Shown: positions 1-9,733 of the stretch, one piece after another
Position numbering within the stretch: position 1 is the stretch's first letter
How the letters are laid out: every line of letters begins with the position of its first letter
Assembly (NCBI GenBank): GCA_039810485.1
Contig: JBDHXA010000002.1
Location: 8,597-72,596, forward strand
Source of the DNA: Chlorobiota bacterium
Lineage (GTDB): Bacteria; Bacteroidota; Ignavibacteria; Kapaibacteriales; UBA961
Direction of reading: 5' to 3'
Length of the DNA stretch: 64,000 nt
Made by a program: the position numbers and the translations under genes
The notes under the pieces: generated by a model
Database searches by the model: none
The model's input: only the letters and a program-made list of their open reading frames with translations
What the model was told of the DNA's origin: nothing

Positions 1-1
1 C

Positions 2-664
2 AGTGACAACGCTTTTATCAGTTCAGGTCTTGCTACAATTAATCCAGCAATAACTTTGCCGTATATCATAGGATTGGAAGAGCGCGCACGAAATTTATAT
101 TTTCATGTTCCAATGTCATGGATTTCCATCCTTGCATACATGTATGCTCTTGTCTTTGGAGTTAAGTATTTTGGGTCAAAAGATTTGCACCATGATATTC
201 ATTCATCGAGCGCCGCAATATTAGGAACAGTATTTTGCGTATTGGCAACGGCCACCGGTGCAATTTGGGCAAAATTTAATTGGGGTAGTTTTTGGAATTG
301 GGACCCGCGACAAACTTCAATATTTGTTTTGCTGCTTATCTATGCCGCTTATTTTGTGCTGCGTTCTTCTATCGAAAACGAACATCAGCGAGCTAAACTA
401 AGCGCTGCTTATGCGATAATTGCCGGGATTGCAGCAATATTTTTTGTCTATGTTGCCCCTCGACTTTACGAAGGACTGCACCCCGGCTCAGCCGGCGATG
501 TAAATTCCGGCCCAGTAATTAGCTCTCAGACGGATTCTCTTAACTTATTAAAACAAGTTATACTCAGCTTTTCTTTTGCCAGTTTTACCGCTTTGTTTTT
601 TTGGCTGTTAGGACTTACAATCCGCATTCGCAGACTTAATTCGTTAGCAGTTTCAGATGAATAA
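2..664 (+). CDS. ccmC: Cytochrome c biogenesis protein, CcmC/CcsA family (WWD-domain heme-handling membrane protein). The frame is open to the window edge, so the 5' end is probably truncated; the first in-window start is a TTG at 56.
   Basis: Translated ORF contains the W-rich motif WGSFWNWDPRQT (WWD domain) with conserved His residues, and multiple TM helices. Codons 2..55 contain no stop in the same frame. Confidence 0.6.
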   Translation, partial: SDNAFISSGLATINPAITLPYIIGLEERARNLYFHVPMSWISILAYMYALVFGVKYFGSKDLHHDIHSSSAAILGTVFCVLATATGAIWAKFNWGSFWNWDPRQTSIFVLLLIYAAYFVLRSSIENEHQRAKLSAAYAIIAGIAAIFFVYVAPRLYEGLHPGSAGDVNSGPVISSQTDSLNLLKQVILSFSFASFTALFFWLLGLTIRIRRLNSLAVSDE

Positions 665-859
665 CATAGATTATTGCTCTTTTCATCGCTAACTTCAGCA
701 CAAAGTCCAAATGCTTTCTCCGGCAATATTTTATTGATTATTTGCAGAATAACTTCTACAATGAAAGAGCGACGAGTTGCGTCTCTTTGCGAAGAATTAC
801 TTGTAATTTCACAAATCTTTCGTGTGTTTTTCTACTTTTTACCATTTTCTTTTGACAAA

Positions 860-1687
860 ATGACAGTTAGAAATGTTAAAGCTCTTTTTATCGCAACTCT
901 ATTATTTATCTTCTTAATTTCCGCTTCATCGCTCGATATTTTTTCTCAGACCACTTCATCTCGTCCATCATCATCTGTTTTACAAGCTGGCGAAGAGCTT
1001 GAATATGATGTTTCATTTCTCGGCATTAAACTTGGCTCCATAAAAATGACTACCGAGCAGCAAATGAATTCTGTCGGACAGCCGGTTTTTGTATGCAAAT
1101 CCTTCATAGATTCACGACCCGGAATTCCTTTTATCGAATTACATTCAATTTTTTCTGCTTGGATGGATAAATCTTGCACATTTACACACCAATTCACTGC
1201 AAATACTAAAGAAAGCGACAACACTTGGACGTTTGATAAATATGTATTCGATTATGAATCTGGAAAATTTACAACTGAAAAATATAAAAACAAACAGCTA
1301 GCTGAACGCAAGGAGTTTATAACTTCTAAAAAATGGAACGACGGTTGCTCGCTATTTTTCACTGCGCGTCAGCTTCTTTTTTCGAAACGAAATGTGCGCA
1401 TTCCAACAGTAATGATGTCTGATACCGTTGCCACAACTATTGCTTTTTCAGGTAAAGAGGAAAGCATCGACATTGACGCTGTAAATTATCCGATAAAAAC
1501 GACGTATTTCAACGGCGAAGCCACATGGACAGGCATTTATGGCGTAACAGGCAAATTTGAAGGATGGTTCAGCAGCGATGATGCGCGTGTGCCAATCCGA
1601 GCAAAAATGAAATTGTATGTCGGCAATGCAAATATCGAGTTAGTACGATGGAAACGATCCGGTTGGACGCCACCGAAAGGAGATTAA
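860..1687 (+). CDS. Hypothetical secreted protein, possibly DUF3108-like. A signal peptide begins at the internal Met (MTVRNVKALFIATLLFIFLISASS).
   Basis: The ORF 674..1687 contains an internal ATG at 860 followed by a typical n-h-c signal peptide. The upstream 62 codons look non-coding. No recognisable catalytic motifs. Confidence 0.45.
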   Translation: MTVRNVKALFIATLLFIFLISASSLDIFSQTTSSRPSSSVLQAGEELEYDVSFLGIKLGSIKMTTEQQMNSVGQPVFVCKSFIDSRPGIPFIELHSIFSAWMDKSCTFTHQFTANTKESDNTWTFDKYVFDYESGKFTTEKYKNKQLAERKEFITSKKWNDGCSLFFTARQLLFSKRNVRIPTVMMSDTVATTIAFSGKEESIDIDAVNYPIKTTYFNGEATWTGIYGVTGKFEGWFSSDDARVPIRAKMKLYVGNANIELVRWKRSGWTPPKGD

Positions 1688-1689
1688 TC

Positions 1690-2904
1690 TTATTCGCAGG
1701 AATCTTGAGCCGACATTTGAGCTTCAGTGTCTGTTTTACGAATTTTCCTGCTGCCTTGGTACAATTCATATTCAATAAGCCGACAATCTATGTCGGCGTT
1801 ATAAAATTCAATGCGGCGTTTGGGGCGAAGCCCGATATGCTTGGCTAAATCCAAATTTCCGGTAAAAATGTATCCGATTTTTCCATTGCATTGCCGCTTG
1901 AAAAAATCGCCAATTTGTTTATACGTATCTTCCAGCGTTCTAAAATCTCCAAGGCGCATTCCATATTCCGGATTAAGCACAACAACTCCATGGTCCGCAG
2001 GAATATGCGTGTCGGAAAAATTGCATATTTCCGTTTGTATAATTGTGTCGACTCCTGCTGTTGCAGCATTTTTCCTGGCGCATTCAATTGCTCTCGGAGC
2101 AATATCTGAAGCAATAAAGCGACGAGAATCTATATGGCGGAACAAACTCTTTGCCTGTGTTCGCAGCGCTTGCCATGTCTCAATGCTATATCCTCGAAGA
2201 TGCATAAAACCAAAATTAGGTCGCATCCATACAGATGGTTTATTTTGGGCTATAAGCACAGCTTCGATGGCAAGAGTGCCGGAACCGCACATTGGATTGA
2301 TAAAAACATCTGAATCTGAATTCCAAAGCATAGAACGGATTACTGCGGCTGCTAAATTTTCTCTCATTGGAGCAAAACAAGGCATTGTTCGCCATCCTCG
2401 TTTTGAAAGCGGCTCGCCGGAAGTATCAATATAAACGGCGCAAGTTGAACCATGCCAATACAAAAAAACAACGGTCCGCGAAGTGTCGGATCCAGAATCG
2501 GGACGATGCCCAAACCGCGAGCGAATTCGATCTGCAATTGCATCTTTGCATTTGACATTAGCAAACATTGAATTATCTATCGAATGAGTGTCAATCGAAG
2601 AAATAACACTGAAATAGCCATGCGAAGGGATCAATGCCTCCCATTCAATTTTTGCAACAAGGCGATACATATCATCCGGTGTTGCAGCTCGGCCTGCGGC
2701 AAGCCGGAATAAAACTCTTGTTCCTATTCTCAGATGCAAATTTAATCGAAGTGTATCAGCAAGAGTCGCTTCTGTTTCAACTCCTGCCGGATATTGTTTA
2801 TGCACCGGAAAACCCAAAGCGGCAACTTCGTCAGCAAGCAAGCTGGCAACGCGAAGCGGACATGTAATAAGAACCGGAGCCGAAATATTGAAGAATGAAT
2901 CCAT
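1690..2904 (-). CDS. THUMP-domain class I SAM-dependent RNA methyltransferase (RlmL N-terminal half / COG0116 family).
   Basis: N-terminal THUMP-like region, methyltransferase motif I (INPMCGSGTLAIEA) and an (N/D)PPY-type motif LNPEYG. 404 aa. Confidence 0.8.
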   Translation of the reverse strand: MDSFFNISAPVLITCPLRVASLLADEVAALGFPVHKQYPAGVETEATLADTLRLNLHLRIGTRVLFRLAAGRAATPDDMYRLVAKIEWEALIPSHGYFSVISSIDTHSIDNSMFANVKCKDAIADRIRSRFGHRPDSGSDTSRTVVFLYWHGSTCAVYIDTSGEPLSKRGWRTMPCFAPMRENLAAAVIRSMLWNSDSDVFINPMCGSGTLAIEAVLIAQNKPSVWMRPNFGFMHLRGYSIETWQALRTQAKSLFRHIDSRRFIASDIAPRAIECARKNAATAGVDTIIQTEICNFSDTHIPADHGVVVLNPEYGMRLGDFRTLEDTYKQIGDFFKRQCNGKIGYIFTGNLDLAKHIGLRPKRRIEFYNADIDCRLIEYELYQGSRKIRKTDTEAQMSAQDSCE

Positions 2905-3008
2905 ATTTTAGATGATGAAAACTTAATATTTTGATGCAAAGATACGCTGTTGTTTGGGTCAAGGTGAATTTATGCTCAAAGATTTTACTTCATATAAAAC
3001 TCAAGTTT

Positions 3009-3548
3009 ATGCAATTTTCAGAATATTGGATTGAACGCTTAGGACTTATTCCGCATCCGGAGGGCGGCTATTATAAAGAGATGTATCGTTCGAATGGCAT
3101 AATACCAAAATCAGCTCTGCCAGAAAGTTTTTCCGGTTCGCGCAATTATGCCACGTCAATTTATTATTTGTTAACACAAAATGCTTTTTCTGCATTTCAT
3201 CGGATTCTGCAAGATGAAATTTGGCATTTCTATTACGGCTCGTCGATCATCTTGCACTGCATAACTCCTCAATCACACTACTATACTGAAATATTAGGTG
3301 TTAAAGATGATGCTTCTCCGATGGCAATAATTCCAGCCGGCACATTTTTCGCTGCTGAATCAACCGGTGGCAGACAAAATACACACGCTGATTTTTCTTT
3401 AGCAGGCTGCACAGTTGCGCCGGGATTTGATTTTCAGGACTTTGTGATGCCAACTGGTTTTGAACTAATTGAACTTTTTCCTCAGCATACAAGCATTATC
3501 AACCGCTTCACTCAATGCGCAAAGAATAAAAGCGATGGCAGCAAGTGA
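3009..3548 (+). CDS. Cupin-fold protein, DUF985 / cupin_5 family.
   Basis: HPEGGYYKE motif near the N-terminus is typical of DUF985 cupins. Internal ATG at 3009 is the likely start (MQFSEYWIERLGL...). Confidence 0.6.
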   Translation: MQFSEYWIERLGLIPHPEGGYYKEMYRSNGIIPKSALPESFSGSRNYATSIYYLLTQNAFSAFHRILQDEIWHFYYGSSIILHCITPQSHYYTEILGVKDDASPMAIIPAGTFFAAESTGGRQNTHADFSLAGCTVAPGFDFQDFVMPTGFELIELFPQHTSIINRFTQCAKNKSDGSK

Positions 3549-3675
3549 ATTTATTGTCAGATACTCATATTCACAATTTTATGATATTTCTGTACATACA
3601 GCGTAAATATTTCAAGATTATTTGTATTTTTGCATCGTTATATCATTTTTTATTTATAATATTTCAAATTACTCT

Positions 3676-5409
3676 ATGAGTGTTTTGGTTAATTCGAATT
3701 CGCGTGTATTGGTTCAGGGTATAACCGGTTCCGAAGGCACATTTCACACAAGCCAAATGTTGGAATACGGCACAAATGTAGTTGCCGGAGTTACTCCCGG
3801 TAAATCCGGTTTGCAATACGAAGGAAAAGGCGATGATAAGTTTAACCGTTCAGTTCCGGTTTTTAATACTGTAAGCGAAGCTGTTTCAGCAACTAGAGCG
3901 AATGTTTCAATAATATTTGTTCCTGCGCCTGTGGCTGCCGACGCTATTTTAGAGGCAATTACTGCAAAAATCCCTGTAATTATTTGTATTACAGAAGGAA
4001 TACCGGTAAAGGATATGATTGCCGTAAAAACTGCTCTAAGCCAATCTGAATCACGGCTAATAGGACCGAATTGCCCCGGAATAATTACGCCGGGCGAATG
4101 TAAAATAGGTATTATGCCGGGATTTATCCATGCAGTTGGTTCTATTGGTGTAGTTTCACGAAGCGGCACATTAACGTATGAAGCCGTAAAGCAATTGACT
4201 GATATTGGATTAGGTCAGTCAACATGCATAGGCATAGGCGGCGATCCAATTATCGGCACGCAATTTATTGATGCTATCAAACTATTCAATGCTGATCCTA
4301 AAACAAAAGCAATCGTGATGATTGGCGAAATTGGAGGCAGCGCTGAAGAAGAAGCAGCTGATTACATAAAAGCCAATGTAAGAAAACCAGTTATCGGTTT
4401 TATTGCAGGTAGAACAGCGCCTCCGGGCAGAAGAATGGGACATGCTGGAGCTATAATATCGGGTGGCAAAGGAACTGCCGCAGAAAAAGTAACAGCAATG
4501 CGCAAAGCCGGAATACACGTAGTTGACTCACCTGCAAATATTGGATTGACTGTCGCTCAAGTATTAAGTATTGACGGCAAAAATCGTGCGTCTTCAAATA
4601 TTGAACAACTAACAAATAGCACCTCAACAACATCAACCAAGAAACCGATTGGCCGCCCAAAGGGAACTGTAAAGAACAAATCTGTCCATCATAATTTTTC
4701 ACATTTAAACGACAGTATGGCATCATTCTATGATGAAACTCAAACCGAATTGCAAAATGCGGCTGAAGGCAAATTAAAACGCGGAAGACCAAAAGGTTCG
4801 CTCGGCAAAACTAAAAACAAAAAATCTGCAAAACCTTCTGCCGCATTCGATGAGAACGGCAACCCAATCGTAAAACAACGCGGAAGACCAAAAGGTTCGC
4901 TCGGCAAACATAAAAAAAATACAAAACCTGCTGCCGCATTCGACGATAACGGCAACCCAATCGTAAAACAACGCGGAAGACCAAAAGGTTCGCTCGGCAA
5001 ACATAAAAAAACTGCAAAACCTGCTGCCGCATTCGACGATAACGGCAACCCAATCGTAAAACAACGCGGAAGACCAAAAGGTTCGCTCGGCAAACATAAA
5101 AAAACTGCAAAACCTGCTATCGCATTCGACGATAACGGCAACCCAATCGTAAGACAACGCGGAAGACCCAAAGGTTCGCTCGGCAAACATAAAAAAACTG
5201 CAAAACCTATAATCGCTTTTGATGCTGCAGGCGAGCCAATCATTAGGCAGCGCGGAAGACCAAAAGGTTCGCTTGGCAAACAAAAAGATAATAAATCCAA
5301 GAAACAAAAAGCAGCCAAGCCTGAATCCGCCGAAACATTAGTAAAACAACGCGGAAGACCAAAAGGAGCGAAGAATAAACCGAAACGCAAGAATAATAAA
5401 AGAAGGTAA
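3676..5409 (+). CDS. sucD: Succinyl-CoA synthetase alpha subunit (SucD) fused in frame to a C-terminal tail of about 8 canonical AT-hook motifs (RGRPKGS). No sucC is adjacent.
   Basis: Residues 1 to about 300 match SucD (CoA-binding NAD(P) fold, GITGSEG, phospho-His loop [16 protein letters not shown]). This is followed by a low-complexity linker and repeated [30 protein letters not shown] units, then a KR-rich C-terminus. Likely start is the ATG at 3676 ([15 protein letters not shown]). Confidence 0.8.
   Translation: MSVLVNSNSRVLVQGITGSEGTFHTSQMLEYGTNVVAGVTPGKSGLQYEGKGDDKFNRSVPVFNTVSEAVSATRANVSIIFVPAPVAADAILEAITAKIPVIICITEGIPVKDMIAVKTALSQSESRLIGPNCPGIITPGECKIGIMPGFIHAVGSIGVVSRSGTLTYEAVKQLTDIGLGQSTCIGIGGDPIIGTQFIDAIKLFNADPKTKAIVMIGEIGGSAEEEAADYIKANVRKPVIGFIAGRTAPPGRRMGHAGAIISGGKGTAAEKVTAMRKAGIHVVDSPANIGLTVAQVLSIDGKNRASSNIEQLTNSTSTTSTKKPIGRPKGTVKNKSVHHNFSHLNDSMASFYDETQTELQNAAEGKLKRGRPKGSLGKTKNKKSAKPSAAFDENGNPIVKQRGRPKGSLGKHKKNTKPAAAFDDNGNPIVKQRGRPKGSLGKHKKTAKPAAAFDDNGNPIVKQRGRPKGSLGKHKKTAKPAIAFDDNGNPIVRQRGRPKGSLGKHKKTAKPIIAFDAAGEPIIRQRGRPKGSLGKQKDNKSKKQKAAKPESAETLVKQRGRPKGAKNKPKRKNNKRR
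4775..5310 (+). repeat. About 6 tandem copies of a 90-bp coding repeat (30-aa AT-hook unit). Copies 3 and 4 are identical at DNA level.
   Basis: Direct reading: the unit aacccaatcgtaaaacaacgcggaagaccaaaaggttcgctcggcaaacataaaaaaactgcaaaacctgctgccgcattcgacgataacggc recurs at about 4861, 4951, 5041 and 5131, with diverged copies at about 4775 and 5221. Confidence 0.85.
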
Positions 5410-5637
5410 ATTAAAATACCTGATTTAAAAACATAACACTTTGTTGATAAATATAATTTCTTGAATGTCAGCAATAACGAAATCCACGTATCTAATCCAT
5501 TGCTTACAATTTAATTATATCAGACGTTTATTCATAAGACATGAGCGTCTTTCAATGCGTTAATATTTCAAAGAATTATCAGCAATAAACGATAAGAAAA
5601 TAACACCATAATTTTATTTACTTTGGAAACGAACATT

Positions 5638-6069
5638 ATGATAAAAGAACGGACGCTTGCAATCATTAAACCTGATGCAACACGCAAAAATGTAGTAGGA
5701 GAAATTATTGCAGCCATAACGCAGGACGGCTTTACCGTCCTAGCTATGAAAATGACACGAATCAGCCGCGAACAAGCTTCTGAATTTTATGCTGTTCATC
5801 GCGACCGAGGTTTTTTTGGCGAACTTGTTGATTTTATGAGCAGCGGAGCCATCGTGCCCATAGCGCTCGAAAAAGAGAATGCTGTAGCTGACTATCGCTC
5901 TTTAATCGGCGCTACAGATCCGACAGAAGCTGCCGAAGGAACAATTCGTAAAAGATTTGCTTCCTCAAAAGGTGAGAATGCCGTCCATGGCTCAGATTCA
6001 GTAGAAAATGGGAACAAAGAAATATCATTTTTCTTTGCAGAAAGTGAAATTGTCGGAAACCGCTCGTAA
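5638..6069 (+). CDS. ndk: Nucleoside diphosphate kinase.
   Basis: Start [14 protein letters not shown], active-site region NAVHGSDS, about 143 aa. Classic NDK. ATG at 5638 is preferred over the upstream TTG. Confidence 0.9.
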   Translation: MIKERTLAIIKPDATRKNVVGEIIAAITQDGFTVLAMKMTRISREQASEFYAVHRDRGFFGELVDFMSSGAIVPIALEKENAVADYRSLIGATDPTEAAEGTIRKRFASSKGENAVHGSDSVENGNKEISFFFAESEIVGNRS

Positions 6070-6114
6070 TACAAAATATAGAAGTATTTAAAACTTAAGA
6101 TCGCTCCATAATTC

Positions 6115-6157
6115 AGCCCCGCTTTTATTATTATAAATGAAGCGGGGCTTATTTTCC
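6115..6157 (+). terminator. Rho-independent terminator downstream of ndk.
   Basis: GC stem agccccgctt...aagcggggct followed by tattttcc. Confidence 0.6.
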
Positions 6158-6195
6158 ACAGATTATCAGTATGTTGTTGGAACTTTTTTGCCTTT

Positions 6196-6738
6196 ATGAA
6201 AGTATTAGAACATAGTGATACAAGAATTCTCGACTCCAATCCTTATTGGAATTATGCTCTCGACGAATACACTCTTCCAGATGGGTCATTTGCGCCTTAT
6301 TACTATGTTCAATCTCACGGCTCAGTTATCGTTATTCCAAAATTAGACAATGGATTGTACGTAATGGTCAGACAATTTCGGTATCTTAGCGGCAGAGTTA
6401 GCGTAGAGTTTCCAGGCGGAGGAAGAAAGGCAGGAAAAACTTCGATTGATGCCGCCAGAGAAGAATTGTTAGAGGAGGCAGGAATAACTGAATCTAATTT
6501 ATCGTTTATCGGAGTGTTTAGCCCTTGTGTTGGCATTACAGACGAAGAATGCGCAGTATTTTACGCGACGGTGATAACACAATCTGTTCCGCAGCCGGAA
6601 CGTTCAGAAGAATTTGAATTGCTCGCCATATCAGATCATGAAATTGATAATTTAATCATAAAAGGAGAATTATGGAACGGAATGAGTTTGGCCGCTTGGA
6701 CTCTGTTTCGATTACGTCAATCATCACTAAAATGCTGA
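6196..6738 (+). CDS. NUDIX hydrolase (ADP-ribose/NDP-sugar pyrophosphatase-like).
   Basis: Nudix box GGGRKAGKTSIDAAREELLEEAGI (GX5EX7REUXEEXGU). Confidence 0.8.
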   Translation: MKVLEHSDTRILDSNPYWNYALDEYTLPDGSFAPYYYVQSHGSVIVIPKLDNGLYVMVRQFRYLSGRVSVEFPGGGRKAGKTSIDAAREELLEEAGITESNLSFIGVFSPCVGITDEECAVFYATVITQSVPQPERSEEFELLAISDHEIDNLIIKGELWNGMSLAAWTLFRLRQSSLKC

Positions 6739-7721
6739 TTGTTGCATTTAGCTTCACTGCAATGACTTTTGCTTCAAAAGCGCAATATACGGCTCCAAGC
6801 ACAGGAAAGCCGCTGCCTAAAAAATATTCAATAAAAGTGGATTATCCATCACATGTAGCCAGCAGCTATGCTTTGACAGAAAAAACAATCGTCAAGCGCG
6901 ATTACCGCGATGATCAGCATAAAAATTATGAACGAGAGGTTACATACTATTTTACGATGGGAAAAGTTGGAGAAACCGACAATGGTTTAACAAAAATATT
7001 ATGCAATATTGATTCGCTTCGTTATACGTTTAAAGAAAACAATAAAACTTTGCATTATGATTCGCAAGAGCCACGAAATTCGAATATCAAGGGAGAATTT
7101 GCCGATCTCACCTATACTCAAGCTCCGCTCAATCATATGTTTGTCATGCTGTTAGACAATAAGAACACAATTGTTGATATAAATGGTAATAATGAAGATA
7201 ACGATATAGAATGGCTGCGAAAGTATATTTTAGTGGATGGCGCTGACGTGATGGACACAGCGCAAAAATTTCTATGGTTGGACGGCATTTCTCGTAATCG
7301 TCTGCAAACTCTCGTTGATTTGAATGGCGGTTTAATCAGAGAAAGAATGTTGGTTGGTGAGGATTCAACATGGTCGCAACCCTCGCTTGTTCGACTTGAC
7401 GGAATTGAATTTTCTGATACGCTCACTGCCAAAGTTGCCACCGTATCACGCGGAGTATATTCAGTGGAAACTATAGTGTCAGGACTAAAAGCTGATAGAG
7501 ATCGAGAACACCGAATGTTTGGCATACCAGCGCCGGCTTCGGTTGACTCAACAATTTCAGGAAGCGGCAAAACAAAGCTTAAGCTTAACAAAGAGGGCTC
7601 TATTCGAGCTTATGACGCTGATTATTCGGCAGTCATACAAGGACATTATCAACACGAAAAATTTGTTCAATCTATAAACACTTCAATACGATGCATCATT
7701 TTGAGTCAATTCGAGTGGTAA
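6732..7721 (+). CDS. Hypothetical secreted protein or lipoprotein, paralog of the next gene.
   Basis: Internal ATG at 6732 followed by signal peptide MLIVAFSFTAMTFASKAQ. Shares a C-terminal ISGSGKT motif and overall architecture with ORF 7691..8773. Confidence 0.5.
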   Translation: MLIVAFSFTAMTFASKAQYTAPSTGKPLPKKYSIKVDYPSHVASSYALTEKTIVKRDYRDDQHKNYEREVTYYFTMGKVGETDNGLTKILCNIDSLRYTFKENNKTLHYDSQEPRNSNIKGEFADLTYTQAPLNHMFVMLLDNKNTIVDINGNNEDNDIEWLRKYILVDGADVMDTAQKFLWLDGISRNRLQTLVDLNGGLIRERMLVGEDSTWSQPSLVRLDGIEFSDTLTAKVATVSRGVYSVETIVSGLKADRDREHRMFGIPAPASVDSTISGSGKTKLKLNKEGSIRAYDADYSAVIQGHYQHEKFVQSINTSIRCIILSQFEW

Positions 7722-8773
7722 AATTAGCCCAATTATCGTTTATTTGCTGTTTTTTAGCAGTAATTTGGAGCTGCGGCGATTCACAGCAGCAAACAATTGA
7801 AAAGCAACTGCCGGAGTCGAACGCAACACAAGTGCCTCATACTTCCGAACTTGCTTCAGCACAGCAGCTTAACGGTAATGAAGCGAAAATAACCTCCTTG
7901 CTTTATCGAGTGCAAGCAGGCGATGTATTCCGATATAAGTTTAGCCAAGATGACAAGTTAAATCAAGACGGAATGAATGCAGAAACAAGTCAGACGCTGT
8001 ATTATACAAAGAAAATTAAATCAATAAAGTCAGACGGCTCAATAGAAATGACTGTGCGGTACGATTCGATTCGCCTTAATAATAATTACCCTGATTTACG
8101 CGACTCAACTAAGCGCATCACAACGTCTTATAACTCATCGAACCCAAAAGACCGCGAAAACAAGGATTTTAATCAATACAATGGCATTCTTGGCGAAGAA
8201 ATCACAGCACTTGTTTCGAAAGACGGACATATTTCTGAAATAAGCGGACTCACTCCTCTCCTTTCAAAAATATTTGGAGATATGAAAGATTCACTCAATC
8301 CAAAGATGCGCGAGCAAGCATTGGAACAAATAAAAGTGCAGTTGTATCAGCGTCCATTGCAACAAGAATATCAAAATTTTCCTGATGGCGGCACAATAGA
8401 TTCTACAAATACTTGGCAGTTCAAAGAGCGATCTCCATTGTCAGGAATTTTTCTTGTAGATAATTCTATAACCTATCATCTCGATGCTGTAAAGCAAGTT
8501 GGCAGTCGAAAAACTGCTTTTATTTCCGCAAAGCTCGTTTCTTCTATTGACAATCCGGCGCAAAAGCAAGGCATAGTAGCTTTTAAACTTAATAAATCGG
8601 AGATTTCAGGCAGCGGCGAAACAATTCTAGACGTCGAAAAGGGATATACAATTCAAAAGAAAAATACAATCCGTACTTTTATAGACGCGACCATGAGCGA
8701 TGCTAAAACCAAACAGTCAAAGCGCGCTGTTCAATCGCTCGTATCCACCATGAAAATTGAGTTAATTAAGTGA
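7691..8773 (+). CDS. Hypothetical lipoprotein, paralog of the previous gene.
   Basis: N-terminal hydrophobic segment ending in a Cys (LAVIWSCGDS). C-terminal ISGSGET motif is shared with the upstream ORF. Confidence 0.5.
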   Translation: MHHFESIRVVKLAQLSFICCFLAVIWSCGDSQQQTIEKQLPESNATQVPHTSELASAQQLNGNEAKITSLLYRVQAGDVFRYKFSQDDKLNQDGMNAETSQTLYYTKKIKSIKSDGSIEMTVRYDSIRLNNNYPDLRDSTKRITTSYNSSNPKDRENKDFNQYNGILGEEITALVSKDGHISEISGLTPLLSKIFGDMKDSLNPKMREQALEQIKVQLYQRPLQQEYQNFPDGGTIDSTNTWQFKERSPLSGIFLVDNSITYHLDAVKQVGSRKTAFISAKLVSSIDNPAQKQGIVAFKLNKSEISGSGETILDVEKGYTIQKKNTIRTFIDATMSDAKTKQSKRAVQSLVSTMKIELIK

Positions 8774-8823
8774 TTTATTTATAGATCTGCTATATACTAC
8801 ACAATTTTTCCCGACAAATCATA

Positions 8824-8875
8824 CGGCTTGCTTTGAATCAAAAAAATGAAATATAGCAAGCCGCTATCTTTTTAT
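8824..8875 (+). terminator. Rho-independent terminator between convergent genes.
   Basis: 9-bp stem cggcttgct / agcaagccg followed by ctatcttttta. Confidence 0.5.
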
Positions 8876-8891
8876 ATCTACAAGGAAGTAT

Positions 8892-9605
8892 TTAGAAATT
8901 CTTGAAAAATAGTTCGTAAATCACTATTGAAGAATCTGATTTTTGAGTGCGCAGATTAGTTGTTACATCTACTGACTCTTGCTTCACCAAAAAATGACCG
9001 ACTGCAAGATAATTCTCAAATAGTATGTCGCGTCTTATGCTGTCAATTTCAGAAGTAAAACGCCTTGACGTTTTTACAGTATAAAATCTGCGCAATTCAG
9101 TATTAAGAGAATAATTTACTGACTCAATTTTTACGTTACTCGATGGCAACGAATCATTAGTTCGCTTAAAACTGGCACCAGATTTAATAGGATCGGCAAG
9201 CAAACAGCGCCCAATAGAATCGGCATAATACGTTGATAGTCGAATCTCTCCATTTTTTTTGAAGGCAAATATGCTGTCATAACTATATGTATTTCCATAT
9301 TTATCAGTACCTCCTGCCAAAATCAAAGTTGCTTGCAAATTAGGAGAAAATTGATACGCCGTATCAGCCATCTTATAGATGAGTGTTCCATTTATAGTTG
9401 TATCACACACGCCATTAGTATCAACCGTGATTTGAACAATCCTAAACATAGTTTGCGAACCATAACGGGACGGCAGCATGAAATCACTCGCATGTAATAC
9501 TTTGTCTTGCTCAAAAAACGATGAGTTTTCAGCACATGATGAAATTATCAACAACAACAAGACAGATAAAAAACGGAAAATTACAATTAATACACTTCGT
9601 TTCAT
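8892..9605 (-). CDS. Hypothetical secreted lipoprotein.
   Basis: Likely start MKRSVLIVIFRFLSVLLLLIISSCAENSS (lipoprotein-type signal). No recognisable domain. Confidence 0.45.
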   Translation of the reverse strand: MKRSVLIVIFRFLSVLLLLIISSCAENSSFFEQDKVLHASDFMLPSRYGSQTMFRIVQITVDTNGVCDTTINGTLIYKMADTAYQFSPNLQATLILAGGTDKYGNTYSYDSIFAFKKNGEIRLSTYYADSIGRCLLADPIKSGASFKRTNDSLPSSNVKIESVNYSLNTELRRFYTVKTSRRFTSEIDSIRRDILFENYLAVGHFLVKQESVDVTTNLRTQKSDSSIVIYELFFKNF

Positions 9606-9733
9606 ACTTTGTGCCACAACCAAAATAATGTGTAAAAGATAATTATTTCTATCCAATCTCTCGAAACTACGATTATTTTTGACTATTACAGTAGTTTTGC
9701 AGAGTATTTGTTTTAATTCTATATCGAACTGCT

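Noticed and set aside
1811-2434. 207-aa plus-strand ORF
   Set aside because: It lies entirely antisense within the well-supported THUMP methyltransferase gene (1690-2904, minus strand). There are no motifs and the composition is low-complexity. Likely spurious.
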